IMG/VR virus record: IMGVR_UViG_3300032304_001168
Direction: 5' to 3' (one strand)
DNA: 64,000 nucleotides
DNA from: a virus
Under the pieces are notes generated by a model. The model was not told the DNA's origin and searched no databases. It was given only the letters and a program-made list of their open reading frames with translations. This document shows, one piece after another, positions 33,101 through 42,600 of this stretch. Positions within the stretch are counted from its first letter, which is position 1. Each line of letters begins with the position of its first letter. Both the position numbers and the translations under genes were made by a program.

Positions 33101-35181
33101 ATTACTGAAGGATGGTCAACAATAATTTTCCAAGATATACTACCCGTTCTTGTTGTATTATTATATGTATATATAGGTTCGGGTCTACCTAAAAAAGTAG
33201 TCGATGGAAAATTAGCAGTACTTGTATCATTAAATGATAAATCATATGGTGGAAACCACATAACTCTACCGCCATTAGGACCTCTTTCACAAGCGGGTAA
33301 ATCGTCATAAGTTAATCCTGGTCTACTTGATGTTCGCCAAGCTAAGTTCTCAATTGAGAACATATATTTTTTTGCGATTAATTGTCCTTTCTCATTTGGT
33401 TGTAGGTTAGTTGAACCTGGATTTTTTAATGGTGCTATGTTTAAATTATAAGTGTTATCAAAAACAGAATTAACAAATCTTCTACCTGATGTTGTAATAC
33501 CATCTGTTTTTTGTAAATCATTATATGTGTAGTATGGAGTATCTTTAGTGAAGATTCTGCAATATTCAATCCCAGCTTCACCTCCAGTTGTATTGTCAAC
33601 ATAAGATAAAACTCTAGAACCTTTAGTTATTTCTTTGTACCCATCATTAAAAACCTTACTTACTTGATTGATTGCATTACCAACATGTTTTAATTTTGTA
33701 ATACCCGCAACATTATCAGCTGATTCTATTAATCTTTGTGTTGAATCTAATATTGATGATGGTTTAAATGTTACATTAGTTGATTCATTACTAGTATATT
33801 GTGAACTTATTTGATTGAATTCACTATCTAACGAACCAACACCCCCTCCAGGTGTTGCTTTATATCCAGCATTTGCCTTATATTTTGGAGATGTCCAAAC
33901 AAATTGACCATCAATTCCTCCGCCATTTGTAAAGGATTTTCCAGCCAATCCAAAATTTAATTTGTTTTCATTACCCTCAAATAGGATTCCCAATTCTGAA
34001 GGACCATAAACTGGTGTTTGTATTTGTCTACCAAAATTATCAACGGGGATTTGATTTGGTGGTGATGTTATTGTTGATGGGTCAGCATTCTTACTACCAA
34101 CATAATAACCTCCACTAAGTCCAAGAGCATTTAATGCGAATGGTACTACTGAAGCTCCACCCAAATTTTTATCATATCCTGGTTGATATCTATTGTAATC
34201 TAAATTTGAGAAAAGAATTGACCTTTGTCCGTTTCCAGTATTAGCTAAAAATATTTGAGATGGATTTCTAATCACATTAAGAATTCCTCCCAACGCTCCA
34301 CCCGTTAATTGATTAATCGTATTAACCCCACTAGTAATTTGAGCACTAGCACCTCCATTTAATGGACTTTCCTTAAAGTAATCTCCAGGTATTGGTGATG
34401 CTGGAAAATAATTTTCAGATAATCTTGTTGTTAATGATTGTAAAGTACCAAGCCCTTGTTCTGGTATTGTTATTTTATAATTCTTATTAGTAGTGTCAAT
34501 TCTACCAGACACAAGTAAACTTGCACCAAAAGGATTACTAAACACATCTAAATTACCCGCACTACCATTAATTTGAGCGTTCTCGACATCTATTCTATCT
34601 TGTAATAAATCTTTAAGAGTCTTAGCCCCTAATTTAATTATAAATGAATCTTGAGATAATAACCCATCTGAACCATTAGGGTCGTTTGATAATAAGATTT
34701 GATATGGAGCATATGATGATGGTATAAATGTAGGTGGGTCCCAATATGGAGCATATAGTCTATTTTTATTCTCCAATGAGTCAATCACGACCATACTCAT
34801 ATATCCACCTCTAGGCCCATATCTATTTTCAATATAAGCCGTATCAATATAGAATTCATTAACCAAATCTAATTCGGTATCATTAGGGTCATATTCCCCT
34901 CTATTTGGCTTAATGGGGTATTTGTTATTAATTACTGTATTAACATATCCACCATTAGGACCATATTCGTTTAAAGGATATAATTGGTCAGGGAATGGAC
35001 TATCACTAATAAGATTATTTGGTGAGTCAATAACATTTAAATCTCCAATAATGGTTGGATAGTTTATACTAGATACTGGTGGTGAATATACACCTTGTAT
35101 TGTATATGGACTTAAATTACGAGAAATTAAACTATTCCTAAAACTAGCGGTAGATATAAATGATAATGTACTATCTGACAT
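30136..35181 (-). CDS. Baseplate/tube-initiator-like protein with an inserted OmpA-like domain
   Basis: FLGRPEPIYTYNNTTRTGSISWKI and PPVLVLRVGDFY (tube-like halves) flank an OmpA-C-type motif IGSASAPGSADYNVDLSKRRIDSVK...EGKGE...CRRVKI. Confidence 0.65.
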   Translation of the reverse strand: MSDSTLSFISTASFRNSLISRNLSPYTIQGVYSPPVSSINYPTIIGDLNVIDSPNNLISDSPFPDQLYPLNEYGPNGGYVNTVINNKYPIKPNRGEYDPNDTELDLVNEFYIDTAYIENRYGPRGGYMSMVVIDSLENKNRLYAPYWDPPTFIPSSYAPYQILLSNDPNGSDGLLSQDSFIIKLGAKTLKDLLQDRIDVENAQINGSAGNLDVFSNPFGASLLVSGRIDTTNKNYKITIPEQGLGTLQSLTTRLSENYFPASPIPGDYFKESPLNGGASAQITSGVNTINQLTGGALGGILNVIRNPSQIFLANTGNGQRSILFSNLDYNRYQPGYDKNLGGASVVPFALNALGLSGGYYVGSKNADPSTITSPPNQIPVDNFGRQIQTPVYGPSELGILFEGNENKLNFGLAGKSFTNGGGIDGQFVWTSPKYKANAGYKATPGGGVGSLDSEFNQISSQYTSNESTNVTFKPSSILDSTQRLIESADNVAGITKLKHVGNAINQVSKVFNDGYKEITKGSRVLSYVDNTTGGEAGIEYCRIFTKDTPYYTYNDLQKTDGITTSGRRFVNSVFDNTYNLNIAPLKNPGSTNLQPNEKGQLIAKKYMFSIENLAWRTSSRPGLTYDDLPACERGPNGGRVMWFPPYDLSFNDTSTANFPSTTFLGRPEPIYTYNNTTRTGSISWKIIVDHPSVMNTIIEKQLKGQQKERVDSIIDSFFAGCVKYDIYELAKKFNMLKASDIYEYQEILNNPRLTREELEGVNFEIQKTITIPPPEKGSTNGNGLGSLSGVELKKFEDDPRAEEFKTNYNELAFYFHNDIPGPQSGTISNQPYKQTYDAYKGLMPSYESYSKSLYGTSFCSKSGNVPNTSKSYQQYCNEAKNVKEFFDTIIDSNFKLAAENPKNFIVDAYNIIQSGGEITINMIGSASAPGSADYNVDLSKRRIDSVKKFFEQTTIGNANLKQAIADKKFIIKSAEGKGEEISIPKAGTGNTFGFEVNCTQDIKGGTQSATDNYNAQIYSVYAMACRRVKIENIIAKLPQIEVKEKVEIKQDPLPKKTIEKNKVIPPRLQPNVSVTKKLKDGISKKILRNLFSECDYFEVIQRENPMIYQTIKEKIKYFNPAFHSMTPEGLNARLTFLNQCVRPGETIPVIGADGRPKYNDAVNTSFGAPPVLVLRVGDFYNTKIIPTTVGFTYENNLLDMNPEGIGIQPMIVKVSLGFNMIGGHGLAKPVEQLQNALSFNYYANTEIYDERATPTDDSYKKIDKELEQVILAGEKSATINNVTNTPTNDGGDTIGEIQTNIPIPAGQTGVTSYQKFMDKFFDETVTYFNTVINQMEKINLTYNWGILKLINDVRVYKKGTIYQNGVPDTTQERSIIWGQPAGDDKRLTNLFTDVLEQIESNYNPLILGLLKTNSQSGWEITDPEIKELKLNLTNYIKKLTSDFSNGIVTTYSEVVNFENNYVQYFRKLNLLETKTDGKILESNVPRVYNITQTNEVSESSKISASIPQNTFQELDFDYKNTIDSLKNYSDLLDTSGITTSDEYNGGDFLLANAGETWDLEDKLFFMLISRILDNKNKKQEFITEMTKGTSVSKNNFKNKLEKVVEKLQNKYSKELRNGEKVFEKFRKNKDFKKYVDEPLVKLYAKGKPRKFEYTTVLGPNDSTQKTQILALYTKKTNRLEF

Positions 35182-35218
35182 ACTTTTTTATAATAAATAG
35201 ATATTTTTATTTTTTTTA

Positions 35219-37084
35219 TTAGTTTCTATTAACACTATTCAACGACCTATTAACTTCATTAGGATTTTTATTACCACTTGGGTTATTAATATAATTCATT
35301 AACCATTCTTTAAATGTAACATCATTAGTTAATTTATCACTTAAAGATTTCCAATCATTTTCTGACATTCCCGCTGGTGCGTTAATATTTAAATCAATTT
35401 TACCACTATATGTTATTTCTGATTTATTTGGAGTGTTGTTTTCGGATTTACTAGTAGTAACATTATTTAATTTTTCTTGAACATTAGTTTCATTAGTTTT
35501 TGGTTTAACTGTTGTTTCTTTTAAATCATTATTATAGTTTAATATTTCTTTACTTTTTAAATCAAGACCAGTTACAGATTCAATACCTTTAGCGACACCA
35601 CCAATTGTTCCTGTTACTAATTTATTTTTACTTAAAAAATCTTGGAAAGTTTCTTCGCCTCTTTCAACGACACCTTTTACCGTTGTTTCAAAAAATCCAC
35701 CCATATTACCAACAATACTTTCAGCCGCGCCAGCTAAATCACCTTTTTTTAAAGCCTCAGTGACATCACCTAATCCTGTTTCTGCCGATTGTCTTAAATT
35801 TTTGGCTGTCAAATTACCTTGTTCAAAAATACTAGGTAAGGCACCAGTTCCAGCGAGTCCAGTTTGCATTAAGTCTTCAGCTGATTTTGTAGAACCAAGT
35901 GCAACACCTGACCTATATCCAATTTGTTTTATGGCTTCTAAATTTCGATCCATTCTTTCACTTACAGTTATTTGTTCTCTAGCCAAATCTTCCATACTTT
36001 TTTCAGCTTGAGATTCCATAAATTTATCCAACTTAGTTTTATCTTTATTGAATAAATCAATAGCTTTATCCAAGCCAATGTCTTCACCATCAACTTTTAA
36101 TTTATATTCACCCCCAGGACCCATATTTGCCATATTAGCAATAAATTTCTTTTGGTCTTCACTAAAGTTGTCTGGTAATTTTATTTTAGATAATTTATCG
36201 TCAAGTTCCGCCCCAGCTAAAGCCATTTTTGATAGTTGACCCGCAGGTAGTTGAAGTTCTTTCTCAATTTCTCTTAATTGTCTTTTAGCTCCAGGCATAA
36301 TTTCAAATTGACCCTTTTCATTTAATCTTACAAATTCCTTACTCATTTCAGCAAGTTGATTCTGTAATTCAGCTGGGTCATTTTGAGCCATATCCATCAA
36401 TCTTAATGGGTCAAGTAAAGCACTTTGTTGAACACCTAATCTCTGCATCGCTGATGCCATATCAATTGCTTTTTCCGGGTCAAAAAGTTTGTCAGCCATA
36501 GCTAATGTTGAACTCATATCAATTCTAAGATTAACCGCCTGTGCTGCCATCTTAGCCATACCTTCAACACCACCTTGGAAATTAAATTGGGTTGTTTTTG
36601 CTAAGTTACTAAGAACCATACTTGAAACTTTTTCAGTATCGACACCTATGGCTCTTGATGAGTTAACAACTTTTTGCATTTCTTCTCCAGCTTGTAAAAC
36701 TGACATACCGGCATCAGCAAATGATGTTGTTATGCTTGCAATATTTTGACCAGTTGCGTCAGTCATAGCTTTTAACTTTCCAAATGATTCAGATGTTAAA
36801 AGACTATTTCTACCTATAGCTTTTGAAAAATCATTTTGTAGCTGACCAGCAATACTAATAGCATCAGTTATACTAACACCAACCGCCCTAAGACTATCAG
36901 TTGCATCAGATAATGATGCTTTTATATTCAATATATTTTCTCTACCTTGTCCAAATTGTTTTGCAACAGTTATTGCTGCTCTTTCCATATCGCCAACAGC
37001 AGTAGTAAATTGTCTTGTTAACTCTGATACAACTGGTAGATTACTTGCAATATCCTTACCAATATTTGATTGTCTTTTACCCAT
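35219..37084 (-). CDS. Tape measure protein
   Basis: 621-aa helical A/Q/M-rich ORF in the usual position after tube and chaperone genes. Confidence 0.8.
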   Translation of the reverse strand: MGKRQSNIGKDIASNLPVVSELTRQFTTAVGDMERAAITVAKQFGQGRENILNIKASLSDATDSLRAVGVSITDAISIAGQLQNDFSKAIGRNSLLTSESFGKLKAMTDATGQNIASITTSFADAGMSVLQAGEEMQKVVNSSRAIGVDTEKVSSMVLSNLAKTTQFNFQGGVEGMAKMAAQAVNLRIDMSSTLAMADKLFDPEKAIDMASAMQRLGVQQSALLDPLRLMDMAQNDPAELQNQLAEMSKEFVRLNEKGQFEIMPGAKRQLREIEKELQLPAGQLSKMALAGAELDDKLSKIKLPDNFSEDQKKFIANMANMGPGGEYKLKVDGEDIGLDKAIDLFNKDKTKLDKFMESQAEKSMEDLAREQITVSERMDRNLEAIKQIGYRSGVALGSTKSAEDLMQTGLAGTGALPSIFEQGNLTAKNLRQSAETGLGDVTEALKKGDLAGAAESIVGNMGGFFETTVKGVVERGEETFQDFLSKNKLVTGTIGGVAKGIESVTGLDLKSKEILNYNNDLKETTVKPKTNETNVQEKLNNVTTSKSENNTPNKSEITYSGKIDLNINAPAGMSENDWKSLSDKLTNDVTFKEWLMNYINNPSGNKNPNEVNRSLNSVNRN

Positions 37085-37119
37085 TTTTTTTAATTATATA
37101 AAATAAATACCCCCAACAA

Positions 37120-37254
37120 TTATTTATTGTCAGGGGGAGTATTAACTTCGATTAATTTATTTATTAGATACTTTCTAACATATGTCGGCATTACCAAATA
37201 ATCTGAATATGATGTCCCAATAAATTTTCCAAGGGCAAAATATTCATCAAGCAT
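37120..37254 (-). CDS. Short gp51-like / tail chaperone C-terminal segment, probably reached by +1 frameshift from the upstream gene
   Basis: Not in the track. MLDEYFALGKFIGTSYSDYLVMPTYVRKYLINKLIEVNTPPDNK; the frame is open back into the end of the upstream gene. Confidence 0.75.
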   Translation of the reverse strand: MLDEYFALGKFIGTSYSDYLVMPTYVRKYLINKLIEVNTPPDNK

Positions 37255-37267
37255 TAATTGTCGATAA

Positions 37268-38026
37268 CTAGAAGAAAGGGCGAAAAAACTCCACCCCAAA
37301 GGTAATCCTAAAGGATACCTTTTCTCCTGATGGGGCCATAACTGTTTTTTCTAAATCTAATGATGGAACATTGTCCTTAACAAAATTTCTAATGTGTTTT
37401 GAATCCATAATTGGTAATGTTTCAATAAATGCTGCTATTTTTTCTCTATCTGTAATACCATCAATTTCTTGAACCATTTTATTCAATCTCCATGTTATAG
37501 TTGGTGCAATTCTACCAACAGGATATTGGTCGGTCATTCTATCTAGTTCAAGTATTTCAGAGTAAGTTAATGGTCTTATTTTTACATGATTACCTGAACG
37601 TGGTAATTTAGTTACAAACATACCATTTTCATCTGGATTAAATTCAGTTCTTTTAATATTTAATTCATCTAATAATATTGTAGCCTCAAAACTTTTACCT
37701 GTCTTTGGGTCTGTAATAGTATAAACATATTCTGAACCAAAAGAAGTATTTCTTAAATATATTAAGATAGCTTCAATATCACCCTCCAATAGTTCTTCTG
37801 GTCTTAAATCGTGTTCATAAATTTTATTTCTTAACAAGGTTAAAATAATACTCTGATTTGAATTTTGTACAGAACCAACTAATGTATTCTCATCATTAGC
37901 TGTTAGGTATCCAACCTTTATTGATTTTTTTTTGTTTTTATAAAATAATCCACCAGATGGTAATTGAACAACATCGTGAGGTAAATTAAAATTCTCCGTT
38001 GCCGCATTAAATAAATTTGAATCCAT
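37268..38026 (-). CDS. Tail assembly chaperone / baseplate hub assembly protein (T4 gp26-like)
   Basis: VQLPSGGLFY, LTANDEN, GDIEAILIYLR, LPRSG; ends FGVEFFRPFF. Confidence 0.8.
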   Translation of the reverse strand: MDSNLFNAATENFNLPHDVVQLPSGGLFYKNKKKSIKVGYLTANDENTLVGSVQNSNQSIILTLLRNKIYEHDLRPEELLEGDIEAILIYLRNTSFGSEYVYTITDPKTGKSFEATILLDELNIKRTEFNPDENGMFVTKLPRSGNHVKIRPLTYSEILELDRMTDQYPVGRIAPTITWRLNKMVQEIDGITDREKIAAFIETLPIMDSKHIRNFVKDNVPSLDLEKTVMAPSGEKVSFRITFGVEFFRPFF

Positions 38027-38070
38027 ATTTTTTTATTTAAAATAATAATAGTTAAAAACTAAAAGTAACT

Positions 38071-38110
38071 AAAAAAATCCTCTTATTACAAAATTGTAAT
38101 AAGAGGATTT
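38071..38110 (-). terminator. Intrinsic terminator after the tail tube gene
   Basis: Perfect stem of about 16 bp, AAATCCTCTTATTACA/TGTAATAAGAGGATTT, followed by a T-run. Confidence 0.8.
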
Positions 38111-38133
38111 AAAAATATTTTTATTAAAAAAAA

Positions 38134-38622
38134 TTAGTATACTAAAATACAACGGTCAGGTCTCAATGTTGCTTGAATCGTCGCAAGAGCTTCTGAATTA
38201 TATGCTAAGGTATTAAAGTTAACATTAGTTAAAAATGTACCTTCCATAATCCATTTTTCAACAACAACTCCTGTTGGGTCTAACATTTCTAAGTCAATGT
38301 TTTTCTTATATCCAGCTGCATACCCCATTCTACCTGTAACAGATTCAGCATGAAGACGTACCCACTCCATTAAAGCTTGTGATGCTGAAGGACCAATTGG
38401 GTCTCTGAAAGTTACATTTATAGTACCCCAAGTAAAACGACCTGCAACATATGTTGAAGTATTAAGGAATGGAATTTCTGTGGTATTAATTGTAATCGCA
38501 GGTCTACTAGTACTTTCTACATACCATTCATTTATCCCCAAAGAAGAAGGAAATCTTAAAATAAACCTATTCTGCCTTTTGGGTTCATACGGAATAGGCA
38601 TTTTCATTAATAAATCAGCCAT
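38134..38622 (-). CDS. Tail tube protein (T4 gp19-like)
   Basis: YEPKRQNRF, YVAGRFTWGTINVTFRD, WVRL...GYKKNIDLEMLDPTGVVVEKW. Confidence 0.9.
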   Translation of the reverse strand: MADLLMKMPIPYEPKRQNRFILRFPSSLGINEWYVESTSRPAITINTTEIPFLNTSTYVAGRFTWGTINVTFRDPIGPSASQALMEWVRLHAESVTGRMGYAAGYKKNIDLEMLDPTGVVVEKWIMEGTFLTNVNFNTLAYNSEALATIQATLRPDRCILVY

Positions 38623-38770
38623 TTTATATTGTTTTAATTTTATTCATTTATTTTATAATAAATATTATACTATTGAAAATTTTTCTATTTACTTTTACTT
38701 GAAAAAAATTATTCATTAATAAATTACATTATAGATTAGTTATTATATATAATTTTAATTATATTAATAA

Positions 38771-39604
38771 TTAGTTATTTATTTCTATATTAATATATTT
38801 CTTTTTAACATCTTTAGGATTTGAAGTATCATATATAACAAATTTTACTTTTGGATATTTTTTAACTAATTCTTTTTTGATGAATTCTTCCATTTTTTTA
38901 ATATTCCCCAAGTCATCGTCACTGAATCCAATTTTAATACCTTCTCTTTCAGGATGGTCAACCAAATCCCCAACTTTTTTCACAACACTATCAACATATT
39001 TTTCAAATGCCATAGTTTTCGCAACTTCAGGATTTTCAGCACCACCAGTTGATTTGTATTCAGTTTTAAATTCATCTGACGATACTGCAGATAATTGTTG
39101 GTCTTTTAAATAATCATCAATACTTGAATATTTTTTTTCTTTTAAATTTTTATTCATTTCTTCTTTTTCTTTATCAGAAAAAGTCATATCTATTAAGACT
39201 TTAATACCTTTTTTCAATGAATCTTTACTAGTACCACGTGCGGTTATGATTGAAAAATCAACAACATTGATTAATGTTTTTTTGAATTTTTTAAAACTAG
39301 GTGCGAATTCATTATTATTAATTGCATCTTTTGTGTGTTGAATAAAAATTTCAGTTTTGAAATCTTGGAATGCGTCATTTGGATTATTGTTTTTTAATCT
39401 CAATTTTTCACCATCAATATTATGTCTTATTTCTCTAAACTTCTCAGTTGAAACATCATAGTCTTTCCAAGTATCTTTAGACTTTTTTTCTAGATGTATT
39501 TTGGTTGGCATATTTAACACATTGTCATCCCAATCAAATGAATAACCTTTTTCATAAAACTCAACCAATGATTTAAGTTGATTTTCTGTTACTAATATTC
39601 TCAT
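38771..39604 (-). CDS. HAD-superfamily phosphatase-like protein with N-terminal leader
   Basis: Motif I FDWDDN, motif II ITARG, motif IV GFSDDD; leader MRILVTENQLKSLVE. Confidence 0.7.
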   Translation of the reverse strand: MRILVTENQLKSLVEFYEKGYSFDWDDNVLNMPTKIHLEKKSKDTWKDYDVSTEKFREIRHNIDGEKLRLKNNNPNDAFQDFKTEIFIQHTKDAINNNEFAPSFKKFKKTLINVVDFSIITARGTSKDSLKKGIKVLIDMTFSDKEKEEMNKNLKEKKYSSIDDYLKDQQLSAVSSDEFKTEYKSTGGAENPEVAKTMAFEKYVDSVVKKVGDLVDHPEREGIKIGFSDDDLGNIKKMEEFIKKELVKKYPKVKFVIYDTSNPKDVKKKYINIEINN

Positions 39605-39633
39605 ATTTTTTTAATTATAAATATATGTTAAAT

Positions 39634-39662
39634 AAAAAAAGGGGAGATTAGTCTCCCCTTTT
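39634..39662 (-). terminator. Intrinsic terminator after the tail sheath gene
   Basis: AAAAGGGGAGA-ttag-TCTCCCCTTTT. Confidence 0.85.
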
Positions 39663-39676
39663 AAAATTTTATTCAA

Positions 39677-42600
39677 TTAAATATTCTCAAATGATGCGCC
39701 TGTTGGGGTGATATAGAATGTAATATCAATGAATTCTAACGCTTTAGTCGGTTTAATGTAGATACTACCAGTTAATTGATTTCTATCCAAATCAGCTGGG
39801 TCTGAAGAAACTGTTACACGGAAATCGTATAAACCTCTATCTCTTCTAATGGCATCTAAGATTGGATTAACAGCATTTAAGAAATCTTGTCTAACTTTAT
39901 CATCATTTTGTTCAAACAATAATCGTACTGATACTGCAGAAATTAATTTACGTGCTTGTAATAACAATCTTCTAACATTAATTCTATCTAAAGCAGATTC
40001 TCTAATTTGAAGAGTTTTGTTACCCCAAATTACAGTTCCTACATCTGAGAAAGTTGCAATTGGATTAATTCTACCTTTGTATAAGGTATCTCTATCTTCT
40101 TGAGTTAATTTCTTTCTAGCTTTAATTGCGTTTACAATACCACGAGTATAACCTGCCGCAGCAAACCAAGGGAAAGCGATATTATCAGTTAATGCTAAGT
40201 TTTTACATACTTCCGCAGTTGGTGGAATATAGATTTGAGTATTATTAACCGTATCTCTTGTTAATACCCAAGGGTAATAAGTTGCTGTATAGTTTGAATC
40301 TATACCTGCGGTTTCTAGGTTATCAACAGCTTCTTGTGGATAAATCAAATCTAATTGGTCACCAGTTGTTGGTGTAAACATCTTATAGTCAGGTGTTGTT
40401 ACTATATAAATTGAATCCGCTCTATCAAATTCAACCATTTCTATTGCTGCCTCAACAAGATTAGAGTGATTAACATAATCAATACCTGGTGTTACAAATA
40501 CATTTATATTTACAGCTTCAGGATTTGAAAATGTTTGTTGACCTAACAAGTAAGCATAATAGTCAGTATTTCCGTAATCGACACTATTATTACCAACGGT
40601 TATAGTTTTAAACGCACCCCATCCAGTTGCGGAAGGATATCTAAATGAAGGACAAGAACCATTAAGATAACCATTTCTACCCAAGATGAACTTATCTTCA
40701 TTTGTTCTACTTTCTCTATAGATGTCCCAACCATCAAAACCACCTTGACACAATAAAGTAAATTTACGTGCAAACAATCTGTAATATGGATTTGATTCAC
40801 TTGTTGGGTCTGATGTGAAAGTTCCCGAACCAACATAGAATGCTGGAGTTCCACTTGTCGCGAATGAATTACCAATGGTGATACCACTAGCATTTATATC
40901 CATATGGAATCCCTTTGTTTTATATAACCAATTGTCACCACTAGTATCAGTACAAACTGATAAAGGTAGTTGTTTACCTTTGTAAGCGTAAAAATCTAAA
41001 TCATAACCAATTGTATCTGAAATACCTAAATAAGTTCTTCTAACATTATCTCCAGCACTTCTTATTATATCATCAGAACCTGAAGATAAGCCAAAAGGTG
41101 GATTATAAATTACTTCACCAGGAAAATCGTATTTAGTTTTATAGATTGGGAATGGAGGTCTTACACCAGCATATTCTCTGAATTGATATCCTTCAAATCC
41201 ACAAGGCAAGGCATCAACTGGAGCATCTTCATTCATTACTAACATAACAAATTTAGAATTTAATGCGTACTCACCATCCATAGTACCAATTTTCTTAGCA
41301 ATGAAGTTATTTTCATTTGGATTCATTGAACAATTTGTGAACTTCTCAAGTACAACAGGATTGGAATCGTTATCAAAGAAATCTCTAACAAACACATCAA
41401 ACGTTCCATTGTTAAATGATATATTAGAAATCGATAATTTAACTTCATAATTTGCATCATTACCATCAGCAATAGTAACAAACTTGAATAAGTTGAATAC
41501 TTTATTACCTCTTAATTCAGAAACTACCCAAGGTGATTCAGGTGATTGATATTTTTCTAAATACCAAGCAATTGATGTTGGGTCAGTTTGTTGTCTAGCA
41601 TTAGGTAATGCTGTTAAAGAACAATTTAAACCTCTAATATAACCCTTTCTATATCCATATGTTAATAAAGATTGGAATATCTCCTCAACAAATAAAGGAA
41701 CTGTAGTTCTTTGTTTTGAGAAATTAGTTACCCCAAAAACTTTTGATAGATATTTTGGGTCTGAATTTGTAAATGACGTTTCAAAGAAAAACGTTTGATT
41801 ATCTTTATTTGTTACATTTAATCCAAATGTTGTAAAAGGATTTTTAGTGACACCTGAATAAGATCCAGTGCATGTCATACTAACATCAGTTAAACCTGAC
41901 ACTTCATAAACAGCGCCATCGTCAGTGGTATATGTGGCCAAACCTCTTGAACGTAATGTTGCAATAACCAAATCATCATAGTCAGTATAAGATTTACCTG
42001 AATAAACAAATGCTTGTCCTGATACAGTGCCACTATAACAATTTAATGTTGTTCCAGTATTCGGTGTTCCTGTATTACCAGAAGCACATAATCCACAAGG
42101 GTCAAATAGATTTAAGTTTACAGTCCAATTTGTAATGACTGAACCATCTTCAGATGTTACAACATAACTTTTAGTTAGAGCGCTAAAGTTAACATTAGTT
42201 GTTGTTGCAGACTGAGTAACGTTTTCACTTGTTACACCTGTGTCACAAGAACTGAAAGTTATTGTCATAGCAGTTGTATCTGCAGTTGTTGAACCTGAAG
42301 GTAGACAAACATTAATAACGTTTGTATTATAATTAATAGAACCAAAAACTTCACCAATTGTCGCAGCACTTACAGAATAACTAAATATTGTTGCACAATC
42401 AGAGAGTGTAGGTGTTTGAACTATACTATCTACAATATTATAGAATGAATATCCTGTATAATCAGTATTACCTACATTATCAAATGTTGCATAATACCAA
42501 GTATCATTAACCGATGCTGTATAATCAGCCAAATCTGAACTTACGTTGTCAACACCAAATACATTTGTACTTGCAGTATATGCGGATAATGTATCATAGG

